This document shows, piece by piece, positions 24,001 through 39,000 of a DNA stretch of 64,000 nt (the stretch's first letter is position 1; each line of letters begins with the position of its first letter). Where the stretch lies: positions 16,678,001-16,742,000 of the forward strand of contig OZ281501.1 in assembly GCA_965637545.1 (NCBI GenBank), given 5' to 3'. Both the position numbers and the translations under genes were made by a program. The DNA comes from Phallusia mammillata. Taxonomy: Eukaryota. The notes below the pieces were generated by a model. It was given only the letters and a program-made list of their open reading frames with translations. It had not been told where the DNA came from and ran no database searches.

Positions 24001-27000
24001 ATGCCCAGTTGTGGCATCGCACTGAATAGGTGAGGGACGGTTTTTTTGTACTCTGATCCTCCCAACAAACTGGAGTACCATTGTATGGCTACACTAGCCA
24101 ATACGGCCGATCTCTTGTTACCAGCTGCACTGGTGAGATCTTATAGGTCAAATCAGTGTGCACTGTCTGCAGCTTATCATTTTTGATTTCAATAAATGAA
24201 ACATATGTTTTCATTTTATACATCAGAGGATAAATACTGATCTCTTTTAACAAAAAAAAGTTTTTATGTGCCACAAACCGTTCATTTCAAAATTTGAAGT
24301 GATTTAGTACCTTTTTTATAAGCACAACTGAAACATTTGCACTTACTGTGGATAGCATCCCTCATATAAGGTCTCGGGACAAACAATGGTGTCATTACAA
24401 CACAATGTTTCGCATGGTGGCGCACGTGGTTCGTATCTCCACAGGCATTTGTCATCTTTGCTTGGGGTGGCACACATCAATGCTATAAAATAGTTCAAAG
24501 GGTGTTTACTTAACAAAAAAACCTTCTTTTAACTAGAAAATGGACACTTACGGCAGACCGATGGAGATCTCCATTCAACAGTTACTTTACTTATTGCGCA
24601 GTCGTGTGCATAGTCGGCCACGCTGCTGCAGAAACACTCGCAATCCCCACCAGAATCACACGAACATGTTTCACGTACACATTTTTCGTAGTAATATTTC
24701 GGATCAATCTACAATTTTTTTACATAATTTTAATTGTAAACTATTTGTTATGTCTTGTGAGTAATTTATAAGGTTACCTTGCGGTGGCACTCCGTAAACT
24801 CGTCGTAAAGAATTCTACATTTCGTCTGAGCCCAGGCCCTCTTAGTCCCGCAGGTGTCAATCAAACTCTCTTTTACATCAGGGCACTGCAACAAAGTCTT
24901 CCAACTGTTTCCGAAGGTAACTGCTGACTGAGTTAAACTGTTGTCACTCAGAGTAAAATCATTCAAGGAGTTCCCGTCATGAATTCCGCAGAGACCACAG
25001 GTCGATCGGTGCTACAAAGTACGAATACAAGTTTTAGACTATGAAATGTATACACCTTTATTGCTATCTTCTAATCTAATGTATGAAGAAGTTGTGCTGT
25101 CTAATGAATTTGCATTTTTTTAAACTCAAATAAATCAGCTTACTGCAGGGTCTTTGCTCTTCATCTCAAGATAAACCGACGTTTTCCGATCCCAAGCTAC
25201 AGTGAAGATGGTCTCGCCATGATAGAGCGCATAGGCCACTATGTACAAGCCACGATGTTCTATGTCAAATCTTGTATGATCGAAGAGATCTTGACGTTCC
25301 AACATCACATATTGTGTGAGATTTTTCCGAACGCTCAGTGTTAGTTCCATAGACTGAAAAGTGCGTTTTTTTCGGAAATTTACAATTTTGATTTGGTTTG
25401 TTGAAACAAAAAACGCTAAGCCGGAGCCAGATTTAGGGATTAATATAGTTAGGCGTTATTTTTTTATAGGATCGTTGTGTGAAAAAACATTTTAGGATAC
25501 GTTTTAGCTTTAAGCATTCATCTAAGAATGCACAGGAGTTTTTTAAGTAATTTTATACTTTTTTACGCAGAGTCAGTTTTTATTTTTTAGTAACCTTAAA
25601 ATAGTTTCTCATGCAGTAAACAATTGTATCTCGAAGCCAACAATCACAAATAAAAGTTTTAAATACCCATTTTACGATTATATGCAGTCACACACCGATA
25701 GTATAAAAATCCAGTTTGCGTTAGCGACATTACACTAATTTTATTATATTGTGGTGAAAATTCGACTTACCCCGAATATAATATGCACTGTTGTGTCACA
25801 CACTGCTCGGTTAGAACCTAGACAGTCTCGTCCTTTCACAGTTATCCGATAAAGAAATTCGGTCGAGGATTGTGTGCAGTCGTCTGATGCAAGCAGATAC
25901 TCGCAAGGTCCTCGGAAGTCGTATTGTTTTCCATCAAAGGTTGTGAAATACATTCCACCCACTGACTTACACTGGTCGTTGCAATCAGAACGATCGTCGT
26001 CCCAACTGGTGTCATTTTTACAAGTCCTGTAAACATGAAATTGAAGACAAGCTTGTAAATGCTTCGCATACTGTGAGAAAAGTTAGGTAAGTTACCGTAA
26101 TGATTATGAAGCGAATAATTTGGGAAACCTCTTGTGGTCTTTCTTCATAAGTTAGACCATAAGCACTTGGTTTACAACCTTTTTGTCCCATGCCCAAAAC
26201 AGTTACTTTTAAATCCTAACTTCACTAAATGTGGCGATAAATAAACAATTTAAAATAGTTATCTTTGTACCCGCTCTAAAAGTTTATAAAATCGAACACT
26301 CAAATATCCTGTAGTATGAAAAACTTTCAAGAAGTATGACATCTATAAAAACGAAAAATGGACCAAGACACTGTCAGTCATTTACAGCAGTCACCATAAA
26401 AATTGTTTGACGAACTTTTTATGTCAATATGTTTGACGCGTACTTTTGTTACTTTCAAAAGTTATAATCTACTTACAATCTTTCACAACCATTGAAAGCG
26501 ATTTCACCCTCTTGATATTCTTTGCCGTCGTATATGCACGGGCAATCTTCTTCCCTCACGCATTTATCACCCTGACGGAATAAACCGTCTTCACAAACGC
26601 AGCCTAAACCATAGTAGCATAGTAAACTGGTAATGTTGTTTGAATGTTGAAGTTAGTATACAGACAGATAAATTTGTTGAAAAGGGATGGAACCTTTTAG
26701 TGAATATATCGTAACGGAAATTGTAACCTTGGGAGGAATTTAAATGCAGTTCAATTAAATAATTACAGTATACCTTTTGCTGAAGAAATTTATTAAAACA
26801 TTAGAAAGAATATGCCGATTTCGTCTGTTGTGGTTGGATTTCAATGCACTAATAGGACGATCTGCTTTTACCTTCTACGCATTTTTCATCACTTGGACAT
26901 GTAGTTCCCTTTTTGTCACTGCAACTTTTTTCGCATTCCGTGTGGTCGCCAGTGCAGTTTTTGGCTTTCATGCCTAGTGGGCACGTGATGCTGCTTTCGT

Positions 27001-30000
27001 CATTAACTGTATTGCAACAAATATTTTTCAATTAAAAAAATAAATTAGCGATGTCTTTCTTACGGATTTAGTTTAAAGTGTTTTAATCGTCCAATCTTGT
27101 AATATTTGCATATTGGAACAAGTAAAAACCTATGAACTTTGGTTTTAAAAAGATGTACTTCTCTACAACGGCAACTTTTTTTACCGAATTGACATTTGTT
27201 GAAGTTTCACGACTAAAATTTCGAAACAAAAACTTTTTGGGCCACAGGCCTTGCATGTTTTTTTCTCGTTTTAATGCACATGACTTTTCATTGCAAAGCA
27301 AGGGCGAAAACACTTAACCAGGCGAACTACACGCCCGAAATGCAGGCATGCGTGTCTGTCAGCAAAAAGCAAAATACTCAAGTATTTGCACGGGCATCGA
27401 CTGCTTAGGGCTTCTTACTTAGATCAGAACATGGTAACCAGCACACCGACTCTTTAAACATGATGTCAATAAACCCTGGCCATGTTTGTATTTTGTATTG
27501 CAATATGACCCGAACGGTATGTAAAATCGTATGTTTGGAAGTAATGCTTGTTTAACAAAACTCCCTATTCGATGCGAGGCAGTCTTTCTGGTTTTAAATT
27601 TGTTTTAATAAATTTGTTGACACATAATTATGTTTAGCAAAAAGTAAAAGCCCAATAGCACATATCAGGTCAAAATGTTTCTATCTAATCTGCACACATA
27701 AAAAATATCAAATTTACGATAACACCGTGAAACGAAATTGAAACAATGACTTTACCTTGTAAGGATTAGAGTTAAAACGAAACATTGCTGACCGCAAAAT
27801 GTTGATGGGAAGGGGTATGTTATTAATTTCCCGACTAAACCTGCAAGGAAAACCACTGGGGTTTTTTCGCTTGTTACTTTTGGTTGTGAAAATCCGGATT
27901 TTCTGCAAAACGTGCTCAACTACTCAAAGAAGTTTAGTTGACCGGTTTATTTTGTTTTTAGGTCGACCTACAAGGCGAAAACAATACAAATCTTGCATAC
28001 AGTTAATGTTTCTAAAACTGAACGCGAAATTGTAATAATGCAATTGTTTGATGTTTGTGGAAAATGTCTTTATGCAAGGAGCAGTGCCAACGATGTAGTT
28101 TTGCTTATTGCAAATTACATTTGGTAAAAGCGCAACAGCTTTTACAAATCCACAACCCAGAAAAAGTACTGGCTTTCATGTGTTTACTGTCTTCCAAACT
28201 TGACAACGTGGCTGTTTTTATTGGAAAAATGCAACGTTTTTATTCTTAGATTTGGTGCGTGACGGTTGACGCAAAATAGTGGCTCAGCACTCCGAATATG
28301 TTAACGAATGCAGCAGGGGGTTCGCGTTGCAAAACAGATAGCAAAGGTTAAACTGAACTGAAGTTGGCCACAAAAACCCCACAAAATTGCGACCGAGGGA
28401 GAACAAGACAATGAGCTCAAGCGACTGAGGCTTTGTCCCAACATCAAGTTTCAGTTACGTTTGTAACCCAAGTCGCGCAGCGTGGATTGCGTGCGAAGGA
28501 AATTAGGAAAACCCCAGCAGACGCTATCTTTGGCGAACAAGCGCGGTGGTTCAAAGTTTCGTGTCGAGTTTGACGTGAAACACAAATACTTTGCAGAAGA
28601 GCAAAACAGATTTGTTTTGCTCTCTCCACTTTGAGAGCAAAAGAATACCCCCCTTGTTTTGCTCTCAAAGTGGAGGTATTTTGTTAAAAAAATTATTGGA
28701 AAAATTAGCAGGTGCATTTTTTCACGATACAGGTTAAAAAGTTAAGAGTTTCGTTTAACAATACTGTTTCGTCCGAATTCGCTCAAAAACATGTCATCGT
28801 TCAAAAAATATCGGGGTGAATTAAGGGCATTGGTGTTTCACGTCCTTAGCAGCGAGATTTCGGACAAAATGACTTTAAACGACAATCACGGTAGTTGATT
28901 GACTTGTTGATTCGACAAAAAACGGTCAAAAACATATTGTTATTGTTTCAGTACAAAACCAAATATTTTGGCACCATACCACACAACGGTACTTTTTGAA
29001 CATTATTGTAACGTTATTTGTTTAATCAACGACGTTCATCGTCAGACACGTCAAGAAAATAATATAAGTTTTATTTAATAATTTTTGATTTTTGTGTATT
29101 CAGTCTTGCTTACCATCACTTGAGCGACAGCTGTTGATTCCGGAAGAACAGGTGCTATAAAAACTCATAACGTTTACTTTTGAGAATAAAAACAAAATGG
29201 CAACTTGCAGTCGTTTATGTCGCCAAACGTCAAGAAGACAATTATTTTGCAAAGCTAGAAAATAGGTAATAAACAAATGTGCATCGGAACCCTGTAAGAC
29301 AGGGGTTCCCAACCGGGGGTACTCGTACCCCTTGGGGGTACGAGATTGAACATCAAGGGGTACGAAGATCGTTGGGCCACACGGCAGCTTTTTAAACAGA
29401 TTTCACAGTACAGTTTTATTTTGGTATTGTAAATGATATTGTGCGATTACGGTCTTTGCTTTAAAATAACGATTATCTACAAATAATTGTTTGTTATTTA
29501 GTATGAAGCCTGCCTCATTGTCTCATAACAATGCTTTTTACTTGCTGCCAGCAATAAACAACAAAGTTAGGAAGAAACTGCACAGATAAAGGACGCATTC
29601 AATGTAGTCTTGCTGTAAATCTTCTACTAACGGTTAATTTATTTTTGTGATTTTTGTGTGAAATACCGGTTTAACGTTTAATTGAGCTATATTGCGAAAG
29701 CAATTCAATTTACCAATATATATCTGAAAAATTCCATCACATTTTTTTGGGGGTACGAAGAATGCTCTGACGTGACAAAGGGATACGAGCAACAAAAAAG
29801 GTTGGGAACCCCTGCTGTAAGCTAACTTGTAAGTATATAATAAATTAATCGGATTACACAATGTTTCATACACATAAAGCCAAAATGAATTTTAAAAGCT
29901 GGCCATATATAAACCAAACGCCTAAAGAAAATCAAGCATTTTAATTTTCATACAAAATTGATAACAATCTTACCAAGTATTAACTGTGTCTCGTGTCACG

Positions 30001-33000
30001 TGACCAGCAGGAAGCCACTCCTGATTGACGTAGCAAGGACATAATGAGAGTTCCACACAACTTCCGTCCTTGCTCAGGTAAAGGCCTTCAATTACGATAT
30101 ACTGTTAGGTGTTGTAGTTCGTAGTCTAAATGCGAATTAACACATTTTCAAGTACGTTTTTTTAAACAAAGGTTTTATCCGTTGTACTCTTTCAACAGTT
30201 AATGAAAATCTAATGGGAGGCATTTTTATGCATTCGATAGTGTAGTTATGCAAATCGCTTGCAATGATAGTCTTATACTGTGATTTTACTATTTGTAATT
30301 AAACTCAAACAACCTTTATTTAAAGTTATTTTCCGTGACCCCAGGTTTCGGTTTTGTACCCAGTAGGTTAATGTGCCCTTGGTTAAAACCATTTTGTGTT
30401 CATAGACAGTGCGTGTAAATTTAATTCTCCACCTTCGACTTTACGTACCATCGTCACATGTGCATCCCTCCACTCTGTGAGCATCGGTGCATTTTTCCGG
30501 CTCCATGCGTGATCTGCAAGTTCGTCCACACAGAGTCGTGTTTGCTTTGTAGGTTTGACCTTCAGGGCAATTTTTCGCTGCGGAAACAAAGCTGATGTTT
30601 CAGGGTTTTGTTTTCATTGTAAACAACCGACGTTTTGTCACTAGTTCTAGTCTATTGTAGTGGAACATAACAATGTGATGGTGGCAAAGAATTGAAGTAC
30701 AACAAAAGTCATTTTGACACATTTCTGCCAGCTAGCAATTAGTCACTTCGGAAAATGTTTTGATTACTTGGTGTCCAAATTTAATACTTTGTGTATTTGC
30801 AACCTGTTTTCGTCAAACTTACAAAATCTTAAAAACGTCACTATGATGTTCTGGTTTACATAGCCATTTGTTCTTCGCAGTTCCAACTATATTACAAAAA
30901 CGTAAAATGAGGCCTAAACCAAGATTTGCAGTAAAGTAGGTTTGCAGCAAACATAGTCTACAGACATCGTAAAGGCTCGTGTTGTCTTTTAGGGTTCCCG
31001 AGAGCAAGTGAAGCCACAAACCGCTGTCGTCTCGCTTGTTGTGAACATGGGATTTTCTGAAAGCCAGGACGCTTCCTTGTTTTCAGTTTAGTTTTGAACA
31101 AAAACTTCTCAATATTGGTGTTCCGTTTTGTGAACACAATGATTGTGTGGAGGGTATTCGATACTTGACGACAGACAGGGGAACTCCGAGCAATAAACAT
31201 GAACTTTTATCTTGAATAAAGCTTTAAATTTGATTCAAAAACACAAACCATATTTTCTAAACCATCAGACCAAAGATGCTGACGTTTGGCTTGAATCTGG
31301 ATAATGACGTGAAAAGTAATTGTTGTTGCAATAACAGGCGGCTATGGACTTGTATTCATTGCTAGGATCAACCCTGTCGCGTTAATGCAGGCTCACTATG
31401 ACGACACACGTAAATCGTGTGTCACGGCGTATTTTGACACCAAGACGGAATAAACATAGTAATGTTCGTTTCTATATATGAGTGTAAAGCATGGCCATTC
31501 GTAAAAAGTTACGATATTTTTTTCACAAAGACAAGTATATATCCTTACGCAGTTATGAGTCGGGTAAGGCTGTTCGTGTTCAGGATTGGTTTTTGTGCTT
31601 AACAAAGGGATTGGGTCGAGTTGTGGGCTTGTACTTTGGGGTCGGGCCTCAATTTTAGGTCCGATTACAACGCTAACAAACAACTTACGGCAAAAACTAT
31701 TGTTCCTCCAATTCACAACGATTCCTGCTCGCAGACATTCTTTAGCGTAAAGCGATATGATGTCGCACATGCAGTCGTTTCCGGTGTCACACCCGCAAGC
31801 ATCTTGTTTGCAGTTTTTGAAGTATTCTTCGTATGGGACGCATTGTCGGCAACGCTCGAACAGCGGCTGACGAAGAATCGAGCAATCCTCGTTTGCGCTG
31901 GTAGCTGAATGAGAGAAGGTTTAAAATACTAAATAATTTTTCCATAGATTTACGAGGTTACAGGCTGTTTCCGTTTTTGTATTAGGTGTGAAAAACATAA
32001 CTAGCAAAATTTCCTTGAGGAAATTTTTTGATTTGTTCGGTTTTGGCCTGTCATATTTTAGTGGTAGTTAGTATACACCAATAAACATGTTTAAACAAGT
32101 ATAGCTTACACCGAATTAAGTGTCATTAAATACGCTTTATTTCCTATCAATCGCCCTAAGTTGACACAAATTGAACGATTCCAGTAAAATGAATGCGAAT
32201 TTATTCCATTTCCTTAATAAATTTCATCAGGTAATAGCTTTATTTAGCAAGCTCATTAATGGAGCCTGTATCAAAAAGCAAGGTAATCTACTTTTGTAAA
32301 ACTTTCTGCATCATGTTGCATTCAAAACGTAATATCCCCTAAATAACGGGAATTTTTTTTTTGCATCACGTTTCACAACATGAAACGCGAAAGACCCCAC
32401 AACCACCCGCAGAGAAAAGGGGTCATAGACTCTATGTTTGCACTGGGGGATTGGGTCTCAACTAGGATTGAATTATACGGATATCGGATAACCGGTTAAC
32501 CGATTAACCGAAGGATTTTTTGTTACCCGATATCCGGGTATTTTTGTGTCGGTTAACCGGATAACAAAAGAATAGTGCCGCGTAAGCGTTTTATGCATTT
32601 TAAAACAATTTCAGAAAACACGCAGTTAATGTGCAGTGACAGATGCAACAGACGACTTAGGCTCTTACTAAATAATACGAATATTCGCTTTGTTGTACAT
32701 ATCCCCTACAGATGTTAAAATTCACGAGAAAATTGAAGTCACACTAATAAAATAGAAAATGCATCCATTGTAAGGTGATTCGCTCGGAAGGATAAATTTT
32801 GAGATTTGAAAAGGACATGTTTGTTTAATAACAATGTTTTGGGCCTATTTTCGCTCAGAAAATTAACTGTAGGGCGAAATATGAAATAACTGATGTATCG
32901 TGCTTTTTCAGAACTACACTGCTTAAGCAGTAAATTTGATATATGCTGGACAATTATAAGCACTAAAACAAAATCTGTGCCACATTTGGATGATGTTGTA

Positions 33001-36000
33001 ATAGACTTGTTATTATCCGGTTAACCGGATAGCTAAATTCAAAATATCCGTATATATCCGTTATCCGGATAGTGGAAATTATTGATATCCGAACCAACCC
33101 TAGTCTCAACTGACGCCGACTTATTTTTACCCACCTCCTTCGGAAAAGAGCGTGCAGGCATCGTACGGCGTCGAAGTTGGATCGACGTCTGCACATGTAG
33201 CTGGGTATTTCCACGAGTTGCCGAAGACAATCGGAGTTCCTTCGAGTCCGTTTTTGCAGTGAAAATCGTCAGTTGTCAAAGAATTGTACGTTCCAACCAG
33301 GCCACACATATGGTCTAAACGGAAAAGAATGTTCTAAGAATAATTAAGTAGCAACCGGGGCCATGAAGTGAAATTACTGTCTACCAGTTGTGACAAAAAC
33401 GTGCTTAACTCTCTGCTGTAAAGAAAAACATACTGTGAAATTAAAATCTGTCCTCTAAACCTTCGGTGTATAAAACATGATGAGTTTATTCATCATAATA
33501 TTGAAGTGACAAACAAAATTTATCCATGTCGACTGCTGGTTTCCACTTTTGCAGAATAAAAGCCGATTTTTACGCTGAAGTTTACTACTTACTTTTGTAT
33601 TTTTCTGGCACAGTGAGTACAAGAGTCGATCGTTGATCCCATACAAGTTTAACTTGGGTGTCTCGGATTGCCACTTCAATATACTCGGATGACAGTTTGC
33701 GTACTGAAAGATCACCTAAAACAAACAACTATAAGTCCGGGTCTAAACTTTCAAGCATTTCTCCTGGGAAAGTATAAACTAACTTTACATCAAAAATTAT
33801 AACAAACAAAGCAATATTGTAAAACACATGGTGCTAATTAAAAATCCTATTTACTACACCCCGATTTATTTTTTTCAGCGAACTCTTTTTTTGTTGTTAG
33901 GTTAACCAAAACTTTGACCAAAAACTCTTACTTTCAGCTACTTTTTGCACTCAAAATTTAAAAGCAACTTAATGCATTTCCTGTGAGGAATTATGTGGAA
34001 GCAATTTTTTGAAGCTGTTATACTTGAATTTTTTACCGTTGTTTGTTGGCAGCGTGACGTGCATGTGGTTCTGAATCACAACTTCCCCGTCTTGACCAAG
34101 AATCACATAAAGATTCGTTTCAGGCAGAATGATTTGAACGCGCCTAAAACAGTTTCTGTCAGTATAGGTAGACTCCACATACATAACCCTTGATCATTTT
34201 GTCCTATTTATAATGTTGAACATCAACCAAGCCCAGCTTTCAGTCGGATTTTCCGAACAACTTTGCTAAATTATGACTGCTTGTAAACACACATTAATCA
34301 GTATTTGTGATTCGGCTTAGGGATGGTTAGAGTTAATAATTACAAAGGGCATTTTGGGTGGAGCCACTTGTTTGACTTTGTCCTGTAAACAAGTTTGAAA
34401 ACAATGACAGCAGCCTATGCGAGTTTTGGCTGATAGGAAACCCTTACGAACCTGACGCATGAAAACATAGAGCTTGTACCGCAATGTTCAACCGTGATGA
34501 AAATAGAAAAGTCTGAAGTCGTCGCCCGACAATGCTCAGCAAATAGATACTGGCACGTGGTTCCAGGAAAGTCAAACCAATTTCCGTCCAAAGTTCGAAA
34601 GTGACCAAAACCATTGACAATTGCAACTCCTAAATTAAAAAAAAACGTTGGAAATAGTACTTTAGGTGTGACTTTGCCATGCGATAAACTGGCAATGTCT
34701 GTTAAAATATCATAACACATCAATTTAATTTGGTAAGAGCGTCAGCATTTACACCTTCTACTGTGTGAGCTTTTATTGTTCACCTCTAAAAGTATTTTAA
34801 AATTCTAAAAAAATTCAATTGTTTTAACGTACCCATGATTGGAAGTAATTCGACAACTTTCCACATTCCACCAGTGCATTCACTGAAAATATATCATTAA
34901 GGAAAAGCATTTATGAAACCAAAAGATGTACAAAGGGCACAGTAAGGGTTTATTGTTATCCGTAGAAAAGACTTACAGCCTCTTGTTGGCTTGTATACAG
35001 TATTCTCCTACGTTGTACTTCTCACCCTCGTACGTACAGGGACATGCTTCTTTTTGTACACACCAAGATCCAGACCAAAATGTGTCTGGAAATTAAAAAC
35101 ACACACAACGCGAATTCTATCTATTGTACTTCTTACACAAGCGCCCTGAACTGCTTCATTGACAGGTGTGTTTGTTTACTTTTATGTGTTTGTTTACTTG
35201 TTTTTGTTCATGTTCCAAGCCGTTGGACACTTAAACAATTCAAGGTTCTACGGGTTTGAGTTGTACTATTTGGCTTATTCTGACTGCTCTTTTAAAAAAT
35301 GTGTTATTAGCTACGTTTACACAAACGTTAACATTTTGTATTTAGATAACTCAAAACATTTCACAAACTGCATCAAAAACTTGTTATTTTTAGTTTAAAA
35401 CTCAGGCTTTTTATTTATAACTTTTGAAATGTATATCTTGGGTAAAATAATCGCACATTCACACAGAAGGATTATGGCATAGCTGCATTTTTACCTCTAG
35501 GACATTCACATCCCTCATTGCATGATTTTTCACAGTATCCTGTTCCAAAATTTTCACACGATTCTGGACAACTACTCGCACACTCTGAGAAAACTTGATT
35601 GCTGGGACATGTACGCTCTATAAAGACGAAACAAGCTTAAATCCAGAAACCAAAAATAACTAATAGTGATAAACAAGCTTAAATATATTTTGACTTATTG
35701 TATTAATATTTGGTGCAAATGCCAAACAGTTTTTTTCCGTTATCCTGAAAATCATTTATTATGTAGCTTTACAAACCTTAACAGTTATAAAACTTTAGTT
35801 TAATATATCAAAGATTATAGCACAACCAAAGTTGTTAAACGATATTCATTTTGGATTTACAGAAAAGGATGGGAATTTACCAGAAATTGTAGTTTTCCAT
35901 ACTTTAAATCAACTTACTGCATGACGTTTCAGTTCTCCAGTCTCCCACGTGACCACCTTCAGCCACGCAAGTACGGGCGTACTTTGACACCACCGCGCAA

Positions 36001-39000
36001 TGGCAGTCCTCTCTTTCCATGTACTGACATTTGCACAAATCAAACATGCATTGTTTGTGGGCCCTGGCAGTGTCAAAGGTTTGTCGGCAATCTTCAAAGG
36101 CGCTCGATAGGAAGACGTTGCAAATAGATTCTATTTCCTGACAGAAAAAATGGAAACCCATTATTTTGCAGCGTTTGCGCAATATTTTAAGGCGACCTAA
36201 AACAGGTTTAACCTTTACTTGCAAGTGAAAACGGTAAGTATTGGATTAGGTTGTACAGCGCCAGATACACAATCTTTTAGAAAAAGTGGGGGACCCTTTG
36301 GCGTTTATTGGTGATGTTAGACTTAATAAGACGATAAAGCGCTTTCAGGTGCCTAAAGATTAGTCTAAAATGTCTAGGAAAATCTGTCCATGTTTCGATC
36401 TAAACTTGCTAAACGTAACATTGCCTTTTAAATCTTACAAAAAAATGGACAAAATCAAGTCAAATGTGTCTTACTGGAGTGGAATGATTTGAACACTTTC
36501 CATCGATGTCATTTGGAGTAGTGCAAACTTCCCCTCTGTCTTCAACTACCAAATATTGCAACAGCGATTGCATTGTAAACCTTTCGATTTCTAGAAAAAC
36601 AAACATAGTTTTACTGTTAAAAAGAAGTCATCATGTTTGCTGGATTGAATGGACAAATCGGCTGTGCCGTACAATGATGCCTGAACTTGTTTGTACTATT
36701 TTTAACACTTTATCGTTATGTCAACACACATCTTATTTGAAAAATAAACTGGTTAAAAACTGGATGAAAAATATTAATGAAGATTATTTAAACTAATTTT
36801 TTATTTGAATACTGGATTTAACACTTTTCGAAAAACGTCATCATGTTTTGTAGATATTTAAAACTTGCAAGGATGTTTATTTTTTAAAAAGTTGTATTAG
36901 TTTGGTGTTTTTACATGCAAAATTTATTTATTAAATAACTAGTTCTTTTTTATTTCTTTTTTTATTTTTTTACCTGTAGTATTACTAGAACCATGTAATT
37001 CATACTTTCCACAAAGACCTTCCAATTTTCCGGCCACACTCTCATCCGGTTTAAAGAAAATTGAGAAGTGTTGTTTGTCGATTTCCAACACGTGGTCATC
37101 AAACATTACGTAAATGTAATGGTCGTTTTCGGTAATCATATAATGGTTGTAGAAGGCTGGGAGGTCCGCACTGGTGTCATTAAAAGCTCGTTTATATTAC
37201 AACAATACAAAACTTAATGCCAAAAATACTAAAATAAAAAGTATATATACCAAGAAACTATGCTAAAAGTTTAATTTAATAAAACACGGAACATGTTTAA
37301 TACTTTGGTAAAATATGTTCATATATGTGGGAGGACTTCAATAGGTTTTTATTCACATTAGGTAAACTATTAGCTTTAAACTATTTCGAATCGAATCTAA
37401 TGAATTTATTTGTTATTTATTTGTATGTGTTTTTTATTGAAGTGAGCAGTGTAACGTACTTGTCGATGATCATTTTGTAAAAATTGTAAAAATGTGATGC
37501 TAAAAAAAGAACAAAAAATCGGTCGATGTAAAAATTAGGAACATATATTTCGCCTAAAATTTTCATCGTCAGTTTATTATTCAAAAAGCATTTCTTTGTG
37601 TCATACCGGTAACCTCCGGTAAAAACTTCTCCATGTTCCGTAATCAATACTTGGTCGCCGACTCCTTCACTGATTGACACATGGGCTACACATGAAGTAG
37701 CGGTGTCCGCACACTCCTTGTGCATTCGTACGAGAATCTGCCACAAAAATAAAGCACTTTAATTGTAAACACTGCGTTAGTACGTAGCGTACAGTCAGTA
37801 TTGTAGCTGCCCTATCCGATTTTCCGACGTCTCACTCACGGCGCCTTTAACAGGGTCTTAACCTTGGTGAAGACGCCCCGAATGAGACGTCAAAACGCCG
37901 CTCGGAGTCAAATATAATTGCCGCTTAATCAAAGGGGCAGTTTATGAATGATGCCTGGCAACAAGACAACATAAGTATTGTACTGTTAACGCGACGTTTT
38001 TGAATCTTAAAATTAATGAATAATCATTTTTCATGATTTCCAATCGACGCAAGTTTTGTACTCACTTCGAAAGATCCATCCGTAACCATATCAACGGTTT
38101 TTGACAGTATGTACTGGCATGTGCCATAGAAATCATACGTTTCACCGCTGAAAGTCTCGCCGTGACCCAAACCATATAAGGAACACTCTCTTTTGCTACT
38201 AGGGATGTTTGATGCAAACAAAATTGAGTCGCTAAATTCACCATGCGAAGCTGTAATACAAAACATAAAAAATGACGAAACTATTGTTTCATGGTTAATG
38301 CAAATTACTTACTGTATGAACATCGATATCCAAGATAGCTTGGTGAGCAGGCACAATATTCCAAACCAGCGCATGTTCCTTGGTTGTAACAGAATTTATC
38401 ACCGCCTGTGCAGTTCGCTGTAACACAACAACTATTGCAAGATGGAATTTGATTTGACTTACGTGGTTAACCTTTCAGATGTGAAATCTGACCGCTTAAG
38501 ACCTCAAAAAATGCTGCGATTACAAACATAATAATAATAATAAAACTATGAACAAATTATACCTAAATGCCAAATTTTTGTGTGGGAAGTGAATTTAGAT
38601 GGACAAGCAAATCATGACTAATTAACTTCTATTTGTTGTTTAGAGTAAAAAAAATTTAATAAACAGAAAAATTTTAATAGAAAGAAATAATAACACATAA
38701 CCTTGTTTAACTATTTCGTCCACATTTTAAAATACAACTCACGAGTCAACTTGATTTCGTAGTTGATCAAAAATCCATCACCAGCAATAGCGGAATCAGA
38801 TACAAACTGCACAGTCGCTTTACTTTCTGTTGTTTCTATCATCTGCCCTTTGTAAAGTTGCATTCCGCATAGTTTGTTCTGCCACATGCGTACACCCGAA
38901 ATCCGCAGATAATCGTCACTGTGAGTTAAAACACAAAAAAGGTTACAGAATATTGTTTGGTGCCAATCCGTAAAGGATTTGTAATCGTAAAGTACCCAAA

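Noticed and set aside
23975-24140. Open stretch inside the TIL3 intron
   Set aside because: The flanking exons join directly to complete the TIL (EGCYPH-CENG), so inserting this stretch would break the domain.
34144-34188. Upstream alternative acceptor giving [14 protein letters not shown]
   Set aside because: The acceptor at 34144 has a better branch point and polypyrimidine tract and yields a normal VWD. The longer form is possible but unsupported.
37806-37942. Possible MITE with CTGCCC/GGGCAG ends
   Set aside because: Inverted match too short and degenerate, and no TSD.
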